DNA of 64,000 nt from Eledone cirrhosa (lineage: Eukaryota): the NCBI GenBank assembly GCA_964016885.1, contig OZ024745.1, forward strand, positions 33,542,001 to 33,606,000, read 5' to 3'. Position numbers and translations under genes: made by a program. The notes beneath the pieces are model-generated. The model saw only the letters and a program-made list of their open reading frames with translations. It was not told the DNA's origin and made no database searches. Shown here piece by piece: positions 39,171 through 51,400 of the stretch; position 1 is the first letter of the stretch, and each line of letters starts with the position of its first letter.

Positions 39171-39374
39171 AGATATTATAGTCACACAGATCAATCAGTT
39201 GGAAATTATTACTATCGATTTTACTGAATTCAAATTGTAGAAAATTAATGTTACTCTAGACAGAATTTGAACTTCAAGACATGAGATATGAAATAAATAA
39301 TACAAAGCAGTCATTCTAGTTATGTAGTGTCTACAATAACAATACTAGCAGTTACCTACAGAAATAACAGCTAC

Positions 39375-39709
39375 CATTACAACCACAAGAGCCACTACAA
39401 CTCCACCACCACAACCACCACAACCACCACTACCACCACAACAACAACAACAACTACCGCCATTACTACCACTACCACCACAACAACAGCAACCACCATC
39501 ACTACCACCATTACCAACACTACCGCAACAACCATAACCACCACTACTACCACTACAGCAACGATTACCACTGCCGCCACCATAACCACACCAACCACCA
39601 CCAAAGCAACAACAGTAACCACAACTGCCACCACCACAACAACAATATTGTCTAATCAATAATATATCAGTCACAATCAGAAATGTAGGTACAGCAAATA
39701 TTTATATAA

Positions 39710-39752
<43 letters not shown>
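39375..39752. repeat. (ACC/ACA/ACT)n low-complexity tract and (TTA)n
   Basis: seen directly. Confidence 0.9.
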
Positions 39753-40557
39753 TTATGCAGATTACCAAACAGTTGAAAATAGATATTTCCGTTTACTGTT
39801 GGAATTGGTTCAGTGGACTTCTCTCCCCTGAATCAACTCTCCAGTATAAAAGAGAAAAGGAGGAAGACAAACACACACACAATCTAAAGATCAGGTTGAA
39901 ATCATGAGAAACATAGTGATAAAAAAGGTGGGGTGGTGTGGTGGCAGAAACAAAACTATGACATTGTAGAGAAGATGGAACAATGTAAAAAAAAAAAAAA
40001 CAATAGCCCCCCCCCCCCAAAAAAAAAACAAAAAAAAAAAACAACAAAGAAATAAAAACAAGAAATAAAAAGAAAAAAAGAAAAAGAAGAAAAGAATCAC
40101 AGTGTCTGAAACTGGAGGAGCAAGAACAAGGTGATTATATTTTAGTGTTGGCAAAGTATTTGACTTCGATTTTCGGCAAAATATTTGACATCAAACCTTT
40201 GCCAATAGTTTGCCTGGTTCTTATGTTCACTTTGATCTAGACTTTTGTATAAACAGTCCAAAAAACCTAGTTAACTCTTTTGATACCAACAGACCATCCA
40301 CACACTCTCCCAAACGGACTTTGGTTCTATGAAACACCAACACCACCACTACCATCACCACTACCATCACCATCACCACCATAACAACAACAACAAAAAC
40401 AAAGTTCTACTAATATTTAACTACATCATTTTTTTATGGTTTAATCATAGGATCTCTGAGATTGGAAGGAGAAAGGAGAAAGAAAGAAACTGATCCATGG
40501 ATTAACTTCATGCTGATATCTGGTGTGTGCAATCTGGTAAAGACACACAAGAGCCAG

Positions 40558-40558
<1 letters not shown>

Positions 40559-40588
<30 letters not shown>

Positions 40589-40937
40589 CCATTTTACATC
40601 CGCTTTTCCCTGCTTGCAAGGGTGGGACGGGAACTAATTCTGGCTTGATTTCTACAGCTGGATGCCCTTCCTAACACCAACCTCATTTACAGTGAGTGCT
40701 GGGTGCTTTTTTCCATGGCACCTCCATGTCCACTTTACAGTGTGGGCTGGGTGCTTTTTTGCAGTGGAATGATATGGACCCCAGTCCCTATCATCTCGTT
40801 TCTACAGCTGAGTAAACTGGAGCAATGTGAAATAAAGTGTCTTGCTCAAGGAAACAACACATCACCCGGTCTGAGAATTGAACTCACAACCTTTCGAATG
40901 CAAGCCCAATGCTCTAACCACTAAGACATGTGCCTCC
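40559..40937 (-). mobile_element. SINE family 1, full length
   Basis: complete head to (TGA)n tail, homologous to 628-989. Confidence 0.85.
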
Positions 40938-41961
40938 ATCATGTGCCACCAGATAGTGGTGTTAAATCAAATGACAAATTAAATGTGTCACTTAAGAACA
41001 GTCACAGTTGATTTCATGAGTTTCTACATAGTTTCTGCATATCTGAATTCCTTCATAAGACTTTGACTGATCCACGGCAATGGTAGTAGAAGAGATTTGC
41101 CAAGATGTCATACAATAGGACTGTAATCACCACCACTACCATTATCACCTCAACCACTACCATAACCCCCACCAAACCACCACCACCACCATTATGACCA
41201 TGATCACAATCATCACCACCAAAAATCATTATCATCATCACCATGACCACAATCACCCTTTATGAATGATTACATATTTCACCGAACTAATGTGAAGTGT
41301 TGTACTTATAACAATTAATTGAATTGATTTGAACTTTCTTCCCCTAAATGTTTCAACTAATTTAACTAATCATAATCACTTTAGCTCCCAAGGGGTTTCA
41401 AAGTAGTAGTAGTAGTAGTAGTAGTAGTGATAGAGGTGATGGTGGTAGTAGTGGTAGTATTGTTACAGTTGTAGTAATAGTTGTATTATGATGAGGATAT
41501 TGATTGATTGGCAATGGTAATGATATTGATGATGATGATGATGATGATGATGATGACCTAATGAGTGAGAAATTGGAATCTTCTGGAAGCAGACAAGATG
41601 CACACACCACATACATACACAAACAAAAACAGCACACATAAATACACACAAACAATGCACACACTACACAAACGTACGCACCACATACACAAACAGACAC
41701 AGCACACATACATATACATGTGCATGCAAATACAGACATACACATAGATATTTTGAGAAAAAGTCACTCCAATAGAACCATAAGAACAGAAGATATAAAG
41801 TGTCAAAGCCAGCTTTCCTGTGGCTTTGTAAATTTATGCCTTAAAAGGTATGTCACCTCAGGCTTAAACAGCTACACCACCACCACCGTCACAAAACTAC
41901 TCCATCTCTGCCACCATGCAATTAAACATATATGAATATCATATCTTCATATCATACTTAC

Positions 41962-42082
41962 TCTCAGGCCTATCATTGGTTAGTTTTGATTTCTCTTCAA
42001 GCCGAAAAATCTGTGAAAGCATGCGTAATGACTGCATACACCCAAAGTACTTTTCTTCCAAAAATATCTGACGTTTCTGGGT
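41962..42082 (-). CDS. CCDC171: CCDC171-like exon (TQKRQIFLEEKY...NDRPE), phase 0-1
   Basis: tctctttcag|ACC acceptor, A|gtaagt donor, 121 nt; resembles CCDC171 AKKHQAFLVE (recalled). Confidence 0.85.
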
Positions 42083-42692
42083 CTGAAAGAGACATATACA
42101 AACATCATTATCATCATCAAACGTCTGTTTTTCACTGCTATATATTTGTCCAGCCCATGCCTAACGCTCACGCCCCTCCCATACACCCCCACTCCACCCA
42201 CATCACCTGTCACCCATGTCCTTACACCCACTGACCAGCCCTCAGTCCACACTGTAAAGAGGTCATTTTGGTGCCATGACAAAACACACCTAGTCCACAT
42301 TGTAAATGTGGTTGGCATTAGGAAGGGCATCCAGCCATAGCAATCAAGCCAGAATCAGTTCTGTATGAGTAAGATAACATCACCTGGCCTGACTTGTTTC
42401 AAATGGTACAACACATCTAACCCATGCTAGAATGGAAAAATGGCTGTTAAATGGTGATGATGATGAGGATGATGATATACACATACACGATGGGCTTTCA
42501 AACAATTTGTGCCTATCAAATTTCACTCACAAGGCATTAGTTAACAAAATTCGATAGAAAATCCTTGTCCAAGGTGCTATGCAGTGAGACCAAATCTGAA
42601 ACCACATGGTTGCTAAGCAAGCTCCCAAGCCCCACAGTTATACCCACACCCTTAAAAATATGGTAACAAAAGGGTTACTAGGAAAAGCAAAC

Positions 42693-42831
42693 CTTTGTAA
42701 GTTCACTTTTCAGTTTTTGGAAGGTTTCCATGTGTTTGTCAGTTTGCTTTGACATAGATTGGATTACAGAATTTTTGCTGCTCATTTCAGTTGTCATATG
42801 GGTCTGGATTTGAGTTAATTCATCTCGAAGT
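42693..42831 (-). CDS. CCDC171: CCDC171-like exon (LRDELTQIQ...SELTK), phase 2-0
   Basis: tttttgcag| acceptor, AAG|gtttgc donor, 139 nt. Confidence 0.82.
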
Positions 42832-43333
42832 CTGCAAAAATATACCATTATTATCATCATACTCAACACCATCATAATTAGCAACAACAGAATTATAATT
42901 ATCATCAATATAAGCATTCGGTAATCAGAAGAAGGGAGGTAGGTGTAAAAGCCAAAAACTCACTGATTCAATTTGGTATTCGTGCCTATGGTCGTGAATC
43001 TTGAATACAAGTGACCACAATGGGGTTCCTCTGAAGGGTCTTTGGAGTAATGTTACAGAGATGACTTCTTTTTGAGAGACAGAGAGGGAGTGAGAAGGAC
43101 CAATCCAAGTAGTGGAATGGTATTTTATTTATCAGCTTCAATGGGATGAAAGGCAAAGTTGACTTTGATGGGATTCAAACTTAGACAAAATAAAGAGCCA
43201 GAACAAATATGGCAAGGCTGTCTGCCAATATACTCATCACTCCAATTCACTGTCTTTCTCCTAACAATTAATAAAATAAAATAAATAAAAAACAAATTAT
43301 AACAACAACAACAACAAAAAGAACCTGCCTTAC

Positions 43334-43399
43334 TTTGATGTTTCTGCCTTATATTTGCTGCTGGTTATCTTCTCATCTTCATATGTAGCTTGGACATTA
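43334..43399 (-). CDS. CCDC171: CCDC171-like exon (NVQATYEDEK...AETSK), phase 2-2
   Basis: tctgttacag| acceptor, AA|gtaagg donor, 66 nt; resembles VESAYEREK (recalled). Confidence 0.82.
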
Positions 43400-43577
43400 C
43401 TGTAACAGAGGAAAGTATTCGCTATCAACTCATACCAACATCATATTTTATTAGATATTACATGTTGACACAACTTTCTTGATATTCTGCAGTACTAACT
43501 AATAATGATTCAACAGATGAAATACTTTGACATCATCTCAAAGAGGAGGACTTGTACAAGAGAAGACAGTGACATAC

Positions 43578-43672
43578 CTCAGTTTTTTATTCAAGTTTTC
43601 AAAGCTCTTCTGAGCTTCCTTTGTAGCATAACGTTCCATCTGAAGAATTTTGTCCAAGTCTTGCATATGTGT
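43578..43672 (-). CDS. CCDC171: CCDC171-like exon (THMQDLDKILQMER...NKKL), phase 0-2
   Basis: ctgtttag| acceptor, AG|gtatgt donor, 95 nt; resembles IRDLEGALQVEK (recalled). Confidence 0.85.
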
Positions 43673-44325
43673 CTAAACAGAAGAGAAAAGAAAATTACAA
43701 TAGATTTGGAATGTTTGAAGGAGGAGGAGGATCTAAGAAGTATGAATCTATTATAATATAGTTATATACATTAATAGCATAGTGGTTTCTGATTTAGCTA
43801 CAAGGCCAACAATTTGCTGGACAAATTTTATGGGCAAAACCAACCGGCAGGAGATCCTGGGGTAGACACCTCGAGCAAGAAGGTTGGATAACATTCACGA
43901 GCTCAGTTGGTCTCACTTGGGGATCCAGCTGAATCAATTGGAGATAGTTGCTTCTGACAGAACCTGCTGGAAGCCACGTCCATGAGCCACTTCAGAATGT
44001 GGTAAGAAGAAGGAAGAGAATGAGGAGGAAAAAAAGAAGACTAAAAAACCTGCCAGTTAATCGTATGTTATATTATGTATCAGGGAGTTTTCTCTATATA
44101 TTTTCTGTAAAGTGGTCGTGTAAGTGTCACAACAAAAAGCACCCAGTACTCACTGTAAATGTGGTTGGCATTAGAAAAGGCATCTAGATGTAAAAACCAA
44201 GCCAAAATCAGTTCTGTATGAGCAAAACATGGTCACCTGACCTGGCCTATCTCTCAACAGGACAACTCATCTAACTCATGCTAGTGTGGAAAACAGACAT
44301 TAAATATGTTAAATATATAGTGTAC

Positions 44326-44418
44326 CTGTACGACTTTCGTGTTCAATTTAGTTTCTCGATGTGTTTCCATTACTGTTTCCATGTCGACCTCCATAGTTTT
44401 GATACGGCCTATGGCAGT
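44326..44418 (-). CDS. CCDC171: CCDC171-like exon (TAIGRIKTMEVDMET...LNTKVVQ), phase 0-0
   Basis: attaacag| acceptor, CAG|gtacac donor, 93 nt; resembles RVRKLEENIE...HLESKFNSEIIQ (recalled). Confidence 0.82.
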
Positions 44419-44491
44419 CTGTTAATTGTGAAGTAACTTTTGCTTTAATAATAGCATATACATATACATACATATATATATATACATACAT

Positions 44492-44564
<73 letters not shown>

Positions 44565-44741
44565 ATATTATATATATATATAAAATACAATATGTTGAAA
44601 AGGTAACACACCAGAGAGAGATATACAGTGCGCTATCAATAAAATTTTAAAGAGCTCAAGATTTCTTCTCCTTTGAGCACATTATTTACAGGGAATGGCG
44701 AGGGCCTATGGCTCTGTTAATTTATATATATATATATATAT

Positions 44742-45821
44742 AGTAAAAGAGTGAAGAACATGGTCGGCTGTACAAAAGAGTTTTATTTACAGTATTAACA
44801 ATTGTTTCATTGATCAGGTGAATCTAAAGGCTGCTAATCACTAGAAATTGCATCACTCGACCTTAAATACAGTGTGTGTTTCTGAACAAATCATCGGAAT
44901 ACTGAAGGATGTAACACAGGGCACTAGTATTTATAGATACATCGGAGAATTAAGTAAATGAAAGCAATAACACCAATAATAAAAAGATAAAAAATAGTTA
45001 TTGATGAAAATAGTTATTGGATGTAGATGAAGTTATAATAGTGAGTAAGTGGATGTGTAAAATAGTGATGACAGTAATGATAACAATAACGTGAGAAGAG
45101 ATACGATATATGATAGGCAAAATTTTGGTGAGTGGACGGCGTATTAATATAGTGTATTGAGTTTATGAACTGGCGAAATAAAAATGTAAAAAAGTAAAAA
45201 AAATATTAAAGGATTAAAATAAACAATAAGAGAGAAAGAGATAAATAACAAGAGATAGAGAATAAAGAGTAAGGATTCAAGGATGAGACAAAAAAGACCG
45301 GAGAATAGATAAATAGAGAATAAAAAGTGAAAGGGACAGTGATGATATATAGGTGATTAAGACTGGGTAGATTGGATAATTTATTTTAATGGAGGTAATA
45401 CAACTATAGAGAGAAGGGGAAAGAAAGGTTGGTGGATTCCTGATGTTGATTTAATGACCAGCTGGTTAGTTGACAGCTAATAACACTGATGTGAGGTTAG
45501 TATATTTAAATCCAGGTGGTTCTGACTGAATACTGAGATCACTAGATCGAATTATGCTGGAATGTCCCACTGCGGACTATGTAATATGGACCTGATCCAT
45601 ATGTTAAAATTTGATAAAAGGTTGCTTAATAACAAACTAGAGCAAACAATCTTCTTTTGGCACAAAGTAGCCACCAAATTCTCCAACTTCAAACCACAAC
45701 CAGCATAATTCGATCTAGTGATCTCGGTATTCAGTCAGAACCACCTGGATTTAAATATACTAACCTCACATCAGTGTTATTAGCTGTCAACTAACCAACT
45801 GGTCATTAAATCAACATCGGA
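44742..45821. mobile_element. Penelope-like element remnant with inverted pseudo-LTR
   Basis: 45440-45560 is the reverse complement of 45700-45821; spacer encodes HCGLCNMDLIHMLKFDKRLLNNKLEQTIFFWHK, like the C-x2-C...LLN...H tail of Penelope GIY-YIG endonucleases; hammerhead-like motif at 44790-44904. Confidence 0.7.
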
Positions 45822-46930
45822 CGCAACCACCTCTCCAGCACGCAACATTTGATTCCTCTTATGCTCTGCCTGTCTCTCAATTCATTTATGCTTTGCCGTT
45901 CGCGTATATTACTATTACACATCCATCGGAGCATGCAGGCTTTGTTACTTTCTAATCTACGCAAGTCTTCCACAGACAGCGCCCAGGTCTCACTACCATG
46001 TAACATTGCTGTTCGTATACACACATCATACAGTCTGCCTTTCATTTTGAGGGAGAAGCCTTTTGCAGCTAGCAGTGGCAGTAGCTCCCTGAACTTCTTC
46101 CATCCCGTTCTTACCCTAGTTATTGTACTTTCCGAACACCCACCTCCGCTGCTAATTCGGTCACCTAGGTAGCAGAAGCTGTCTACTGTTTCTACAGAGC
46201 CCTCCCAGAGTTTGGTGGTACTTGTTTCCTGCTTGCTGTCCCAGCACAGCTGCTACATGTGAAGCCTAGATCCTTAGTTAAGCTTCCTGAGATCCCGCTA
46301 CATCTCCTGTGTACCCATTGTTTGCATTTGAGGCAGAGAATGCACTTCCTACCTACACCTTTCCTACATACTGAGCAAGGCCATTTCCCTGAGGGGATCT
46401 GGATTCTGTTTTCTCGTCTACTTACAAGGATCTTAGTCTTTGTCAGGTTGACCCTGAGACCCTTTCTCTCTAGTCCCTGCTTCCAAGTTTGGAATTTTTT
46501 CTCTAGTTCTACCATAGATTCAGCTATAAATGCGAGGTCATCTGCATACAGGAGTTCCCATGGGCATCCGGTCTTAAACTCCTCTGTTATTGCCTGCAGA
46601 ACTATGATGAACAGGAGAGGGCTAAGAACAGAGCCCTGGTGGACACCGACCTGTACGCTAAATTCCTTGCTAAAGTCATTGCTAATCCTAACTTTGCTGA
46701 CTGCTCCTCTATACATGGCTTGTATAGCTTTCACAAGCCATTCATCTACTCCTAGTTTTCTAAGAGCCCACCAGATTATAGCACGGGGAACTCTGTCAAA
46801 GGCTTTCTCGAGATCGACGAATGCCAGGTAGAGTGGCTTACTTTTAGCTAGGTACTTTTTCTGTAACTGCCTCACAAGGAAGAGGGCATCCGTTGTGCCT
46901 CTTCCTGGCACAAACCCAAATTGCATCTCA
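45822..46930 (-). mobile_element. RTE LINE family A internal fragment (RT core plus Cys/His finger)
   Basis: QFGFVPGRGTTDA, DLEKAFDRV, GVHQGSVLSP, YADD; frameshift near 46200; both ends truncated. Confidence 0.92.
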
Positions 46931-47768
46931 TACTTGCTTTTATTAGCCTCTGGTAAAATATAACCGCCATTGCTACCCTTTCTACTACAGTGTTACTTCC
47001 CCCATGTTCTTATTCCCCCCACTCACACTCCCACCATTGCCTGGCTGATCACCCAGTATACTGTAAATGGTAGTGTTGGTGCTGGTGTCATGATAAAATG
47101 CATCCAGTCCACTCTGTAATGTGGTAGCATAAGTACCTTGATAAAATGCATCCAGTAAACCATGTAAAAGTGGTGGTACTGGTCTATGATAAAATGCACT
47201 CAGTCCACCCTGTAAAGTTGTACTGCTGGTACCTTGACAAAATTCACCCAATTCACTCTGAAAAGTGGTAGTTCTGGTGCCACAATAAAATGCACTTACT
47301 CCACTTTGTAAAGTGGTAGTGTTGGTGCCATGATAAAATGCACTTAGTCCCCTTTGTTAAGCGGTAGTGCTGGAACCATGACAAAATGCACCCAATCAAC
47401 TCTAAAGTATTAGTAGTGGTGCCATAATAAAATGCAACCAGTGCACGCTATAAAGTGATTGGTGCTGGGAAGATCATTCAGCTGTAGAAACCATGCCAAA
47501 ATATAACATATGAGAATGATATGTTCATCTAACTTGTCTATTCCATGTCAGTATGGAAATAATGTAAAACAATGATGATGATAACCACTTTAAAACAAAC
47601 AATTTCATAGACATGAGGGCAGTTTCAGGCTGTTTGGTATCAGTAGGGTTTAAATAATAACCAGGCTTAAAAGGAAATGATGAAACTGTAAAAAAGGGTA
47701 ACACACACTGACTAAAACCAAAATACAGACATACCTAACATAAATTGTTGTAATCTGATGTTTCTTAC

Positions 47769-47863
47769 CTCCAGGTCATTCTTTAATTGTAATTCTTTCT
47801 CTTGTAAAATTTTCAGTTGTTCCAATGATTTGTTTAAATTTTCTTGCAGTATCGCCTTTTCTT
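47769..47863 (-). CDS. CCDC171: CCDC171-like exon (EEKAILQENL...LKNDLE), phase 1-0
   Basis: caattgtag| acceptor, GAG|gtaaga donor, 95 nt. Confidence 0.8.
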
Positions 47864-48664
47864 CTACAATTGTAACATGAAAATTTACAAAAGATTTGTC
47901 ATATTTATTGGGAGTAGGGAAAGTGGTGTCTATGTTTAAAGAATGTAACATAGATTTGATAAATTAATCCTTTGTGACCATATTCCACAGTCCACACTGT
48001 AAAGAGGTCATGTGTAATGAAAAAAAGCACCCAGTTGACACAGTAAAATGGTCATTTTGGTGCTATAATATAATAAAAGGCACCCAGTCCATGCTGTAAA
48101 TATGGTTGGCGTTAGGAAGGGACTGCAGCCAAAGAAACCAAGCCAGAAACAGTTATGTATGAGAGCAATACACAGTCGTCTGACATGACGACTTGTCTAA
48201 GCCATGTTAGCATTGAAAAATGGATGTTATATGATGATGATTCCTGATGAAGGTGGTGGGATTTAAACTTAGAGCACACAGCCATATGGGATACAGCAAA
48301 GCATCACATTTGACTCTTTAACAATAGAGGTGGTACTTATTTACCACCACCGAAAGGATGAAAGAAGTTGTAACTGACTTATTCTATCATCAAGGAAACA
48401 TTGTTTCCTTCAACCAATGAGATAATCAGCTCATTTCCTTTTGTTTTTCTTAATGAAATACACTGCATTTTAATTAATTAACAAATGATTTGGGGGGGAT
48501 TTACAAAATTATCAATTATTTCATATATCAAATTATGCTGAAAGATTTTAATTTAAATAAGGACCCTTTAAAATGGGTGGCTTTGTTTCATAGAGCCTTG
48601 AGCTTATTCAAGTATAATTATAATATGAAGTAGATATTTTTCTGGAGATGACATTCTTTCTTTT

Positions 48665-48924
48665 AACTCTTTTGATAGCAATCTGCCAGAAATTGCCCCT
48701 AGTGCCATGTTACAAAACTATTTGTTTTAAAGTGTTTACATTTAGCTTCAAACATTCCATCATAATTTTATGTAAGAACCTTTGTTAATTATGCTCTAAA
48801 CACCAACTTAATAATGTGAAAGTTAGTTATTAATTAGTAAATTCCTCTAAATTCTCGATTATTTACAAAATTATGTAAAAATCATAGGCATTGTCTTTCA
48901 TTAGAAATATGGTAATGAAAAGTT
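48665..48924. mobile_element. TTAA-flanked MITE family (related pieces at ~5417-5550, 8600-8797, 22590-22816, 52800-53052)
   Basis: ttaactcttttgata ... agaaatatggtaatgaaaagtttaa with a shared internal sequence. Confidence 0.6.
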
Positions 48925-49165
48925 TAAACAGCAAACATTACTCTGATGTTTTCTAACAAGTTTATTTTGGCCATGCTGGAGCAATGACATAAAAATACAT
49001 CATACTTCATAAGCTTGCATTGAATTATCCTTGCACAGAGGCCATGTTGCTATTCCCTGTGCTGTTTCAATGTTTCCATTGCTAGCAGGAAAAACATACA
49101 TTAGATGATGATGAAGATGGTGGAGGTGGTGATGATGATGATGATGAGGAGGAGGATGACATTAC

Positions 49166-49197
49166 CTTCAGATTTCCTAACCATTTCTGTAAGTGAT
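49166..49197 (-). CDS. CCDC171: CCDC171-like 32-nt micro-exon (SLTEMVRKSE), phase 2-1
   Basis: ttgtttcag| acceptor, GAAG|gtaatg donor; bridges the phase-2 donor at 49979 and the phase-1 acceptor at 47863. Confidence 0.72.
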
Positions 49198-49978
49198 CTG
49201 AAACAATAACAGTAATAATAGTAGTAGTAAAATCAATAGTAGTTTCTAATCTAGGCACAAGGCCAGCAATTCTAAGGGAAGGCAAAGTCGATTACATCAA
49301 TCCCAATACTTGATTGGTACATTATTTTACCAACCCTGGAAGGATGACAGGTAAAGTTGCTTTTGAACTCAGAGAGGGAGAACAAACTCCAAGGCATTTT
49401 GTTCAATGATCTAATTGAGCCAGCCAATGTTATTTAACCTTAAGTTAGCTCTGTTCAAGCAGACCTATAAAGGCATTCCAGCCATGGCCATCCTGCATTT
49501 TTATAAAACACAAAAAGTATATCAGAAGAGAGTAAAATAACTTTAAGGCAATAAGTTGAAGAAAATAATATTTACTCCCTAAAACTGTAAAATAAATTAA
49601 AATGAAAATAATGTTTCACAGAAATTATAATATGGAATAGCCTGCTTGTGAAATTAATGTACAAGAGTCTGAGCATTCCACAGATAAGTAATTCTCAGGG
49701 TGATTTAGCTTGACATTGTATGTCACAAAGCTGGCTTTTGAAATACAAATACAGACCATTCGGTGGGCCTCCAAACAGTTTTTGTCTATACAGTTTAACT
49801 CATATAGTTTGGGTTGATCCAAGGCTATGGTAAAGACACTTGCTTAAGATGTCACACAATGGGATCAAAACTGAGAATTTATGATTGTATGATTGCAAAG
49901 CGAACTTCTTAACTATTCATACACTCTCTGACCATAAACAACATCAGCCATGTAACAAGAAAAGCTTCACAAACTTAC

Positions 49979-50067
49979 GCCTGTTTATTCTCAAATGATA
50001 TCTTCTCTTGTTCATGTTCTGATTCTAGAGTCTTCTTTTGAATAAACAACTGGGATAATTCTTCCTC
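49979..50067 (-). CDS. CCDC171: CCDC171-like exon (EEELSQLFIQKKTLESEHEQEK...), phase 0-2; most 5' exon recognised
   Basis: tatttccatag|GAG acceptor, GC|gtaagt donor, 89 nt; resembles KLETEH (recalled). Confidence 0.78.
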
Positions 50068-50395
50068 CTATGGAAATACATAAAACATGGAGGTTGTTAA
50101 TTTGGAAGTAAAGTTACAAGACAGTAAAATTAAGGTGTTGGTAGTGGCAGGATGGGGATTTTTACAGGAGGAAATTATAAAGACAGAAGTAGGAAATGAA
50201 GTGATGACCTTGTAGAAAAAAAATGAATGAACTACTCAGATTTTAAGGTTAATGATATAAAGTGTAGGCATGGTTGTGTGGTTAGGAAATTCACTTTGCA
50301 GCCATGTGATATTGGGTTTGCACACACTGTGTAGCACCTTAGACTGACTAGTACATTTAAGTGAAATTTGGGAGATGAAAATGTGTGGAATCCAA

Positions 50396-50474
<79 letters not shown>

Positions 50475-50494
50475 TGCATGTGTGTTAGCCTTAG

Positions 50495-51400
50495 ACTTGG
50501 TTATAGAACAAGAAGATGAATGTTAAGTTAAACTGTCTACAATCTCTGTTAGTAGTTAACTAATAGAATAAAGGTATATATTGAGCCATATAGATTATGT
50601 GTAGTTATAACAAATTTATTATACTGTATTTTAAACAGTGAATATATCACAGCTAAGTTAGTACTGGAGTAAGAGCACTGTATATATGTATTTCAGGATT
50701 TTTGTCCCTCATCAGCAGATATTCACTTTCTCTTAGACACTGAGTGTCTCAGTTCCTAATAGAAGTGTTTATAGAACATAGATATATTATGGGAAGTGTT
50801 TAGTATCTCAGTTAGTACCTTACTAATAGAAATGTTCATAAAACAGAAATATACTGAGGAGTTAAAGTATCTCCAATCTTAGTACCTCAGTGATAGAATT
50901 AGTTATATAATGTATGAAGATATATTAAAGTAAAGAGAAGTGGTTTCAAGTCTCAATACTTAATAGCATCAGTTTTAGGGTACAGCAATATATTGTAGGA
51001 CAAGATAAACTGTTCAGTTTCTAAGTACCTAATTAATACAATACAGGGACATGTATGGAAGTGTTTTGTGTCTCAGTACCAAAGTAATAGAATGAGTAAT
51101 TGAACAACACAACAACAAGCATTTTAAGGTGATTTCCCCCTCCCCCACTAAAACAGAAGTTAGCTATGTGGGCCTCATTGCCAAGGACTACTTTTTTGAG
51201 GCAAGGTTTTACATCTGGATACCCTTCCTGGTGCCAACTCTTTTCCTTGCCTCTTACAAAACATAGGGATACAGTGTACATGTTCTAAATTGGATACTTA
51301 CAGTCATGATTTGGTTATAAAACAGAAATATATTGTATGGTAAGTTAAAGTGTCTACTATTTTAGTTGGTAGCTAACTAATAGAAAATGGTTATAGAACA
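50495..51400. repeat. old degenerate tandem repeat with ~65-70 bp period
   Basis: recurring gtctc..agtacc..taatagaa..ttatagaacagaaatatattg. Confidence 0.6.
50678..50718 (-). ncRNA. minimal type I hammerhead ribozyme-like motif with canonical core
   Basis: CUG CUGAUGA GGGA-caaaaa-UCCU GAA AUA-caua-UAU A CAG: three short stems and an AUA cleavage triplet. Confidence 0.55.

Noticed and set aside
39327-39674. Mucin-like Thr-rich or Gly/Cys-rich protein
   Set aside because: Trinucleotide low-complexity tract open in several frames, no supporting splice signals.
39797-39827. Exon between 41962 and 37461
   Set aside because: Stop codon in the needed phase; the neighbours splice directly in phase 1.
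47735-47768. Alternative downstream donor (ttag|gtatgt) extending exon 47769-47863
   Set aside because: Would end in phase 1, incompatible with the phase-0 acceptor at 44418.
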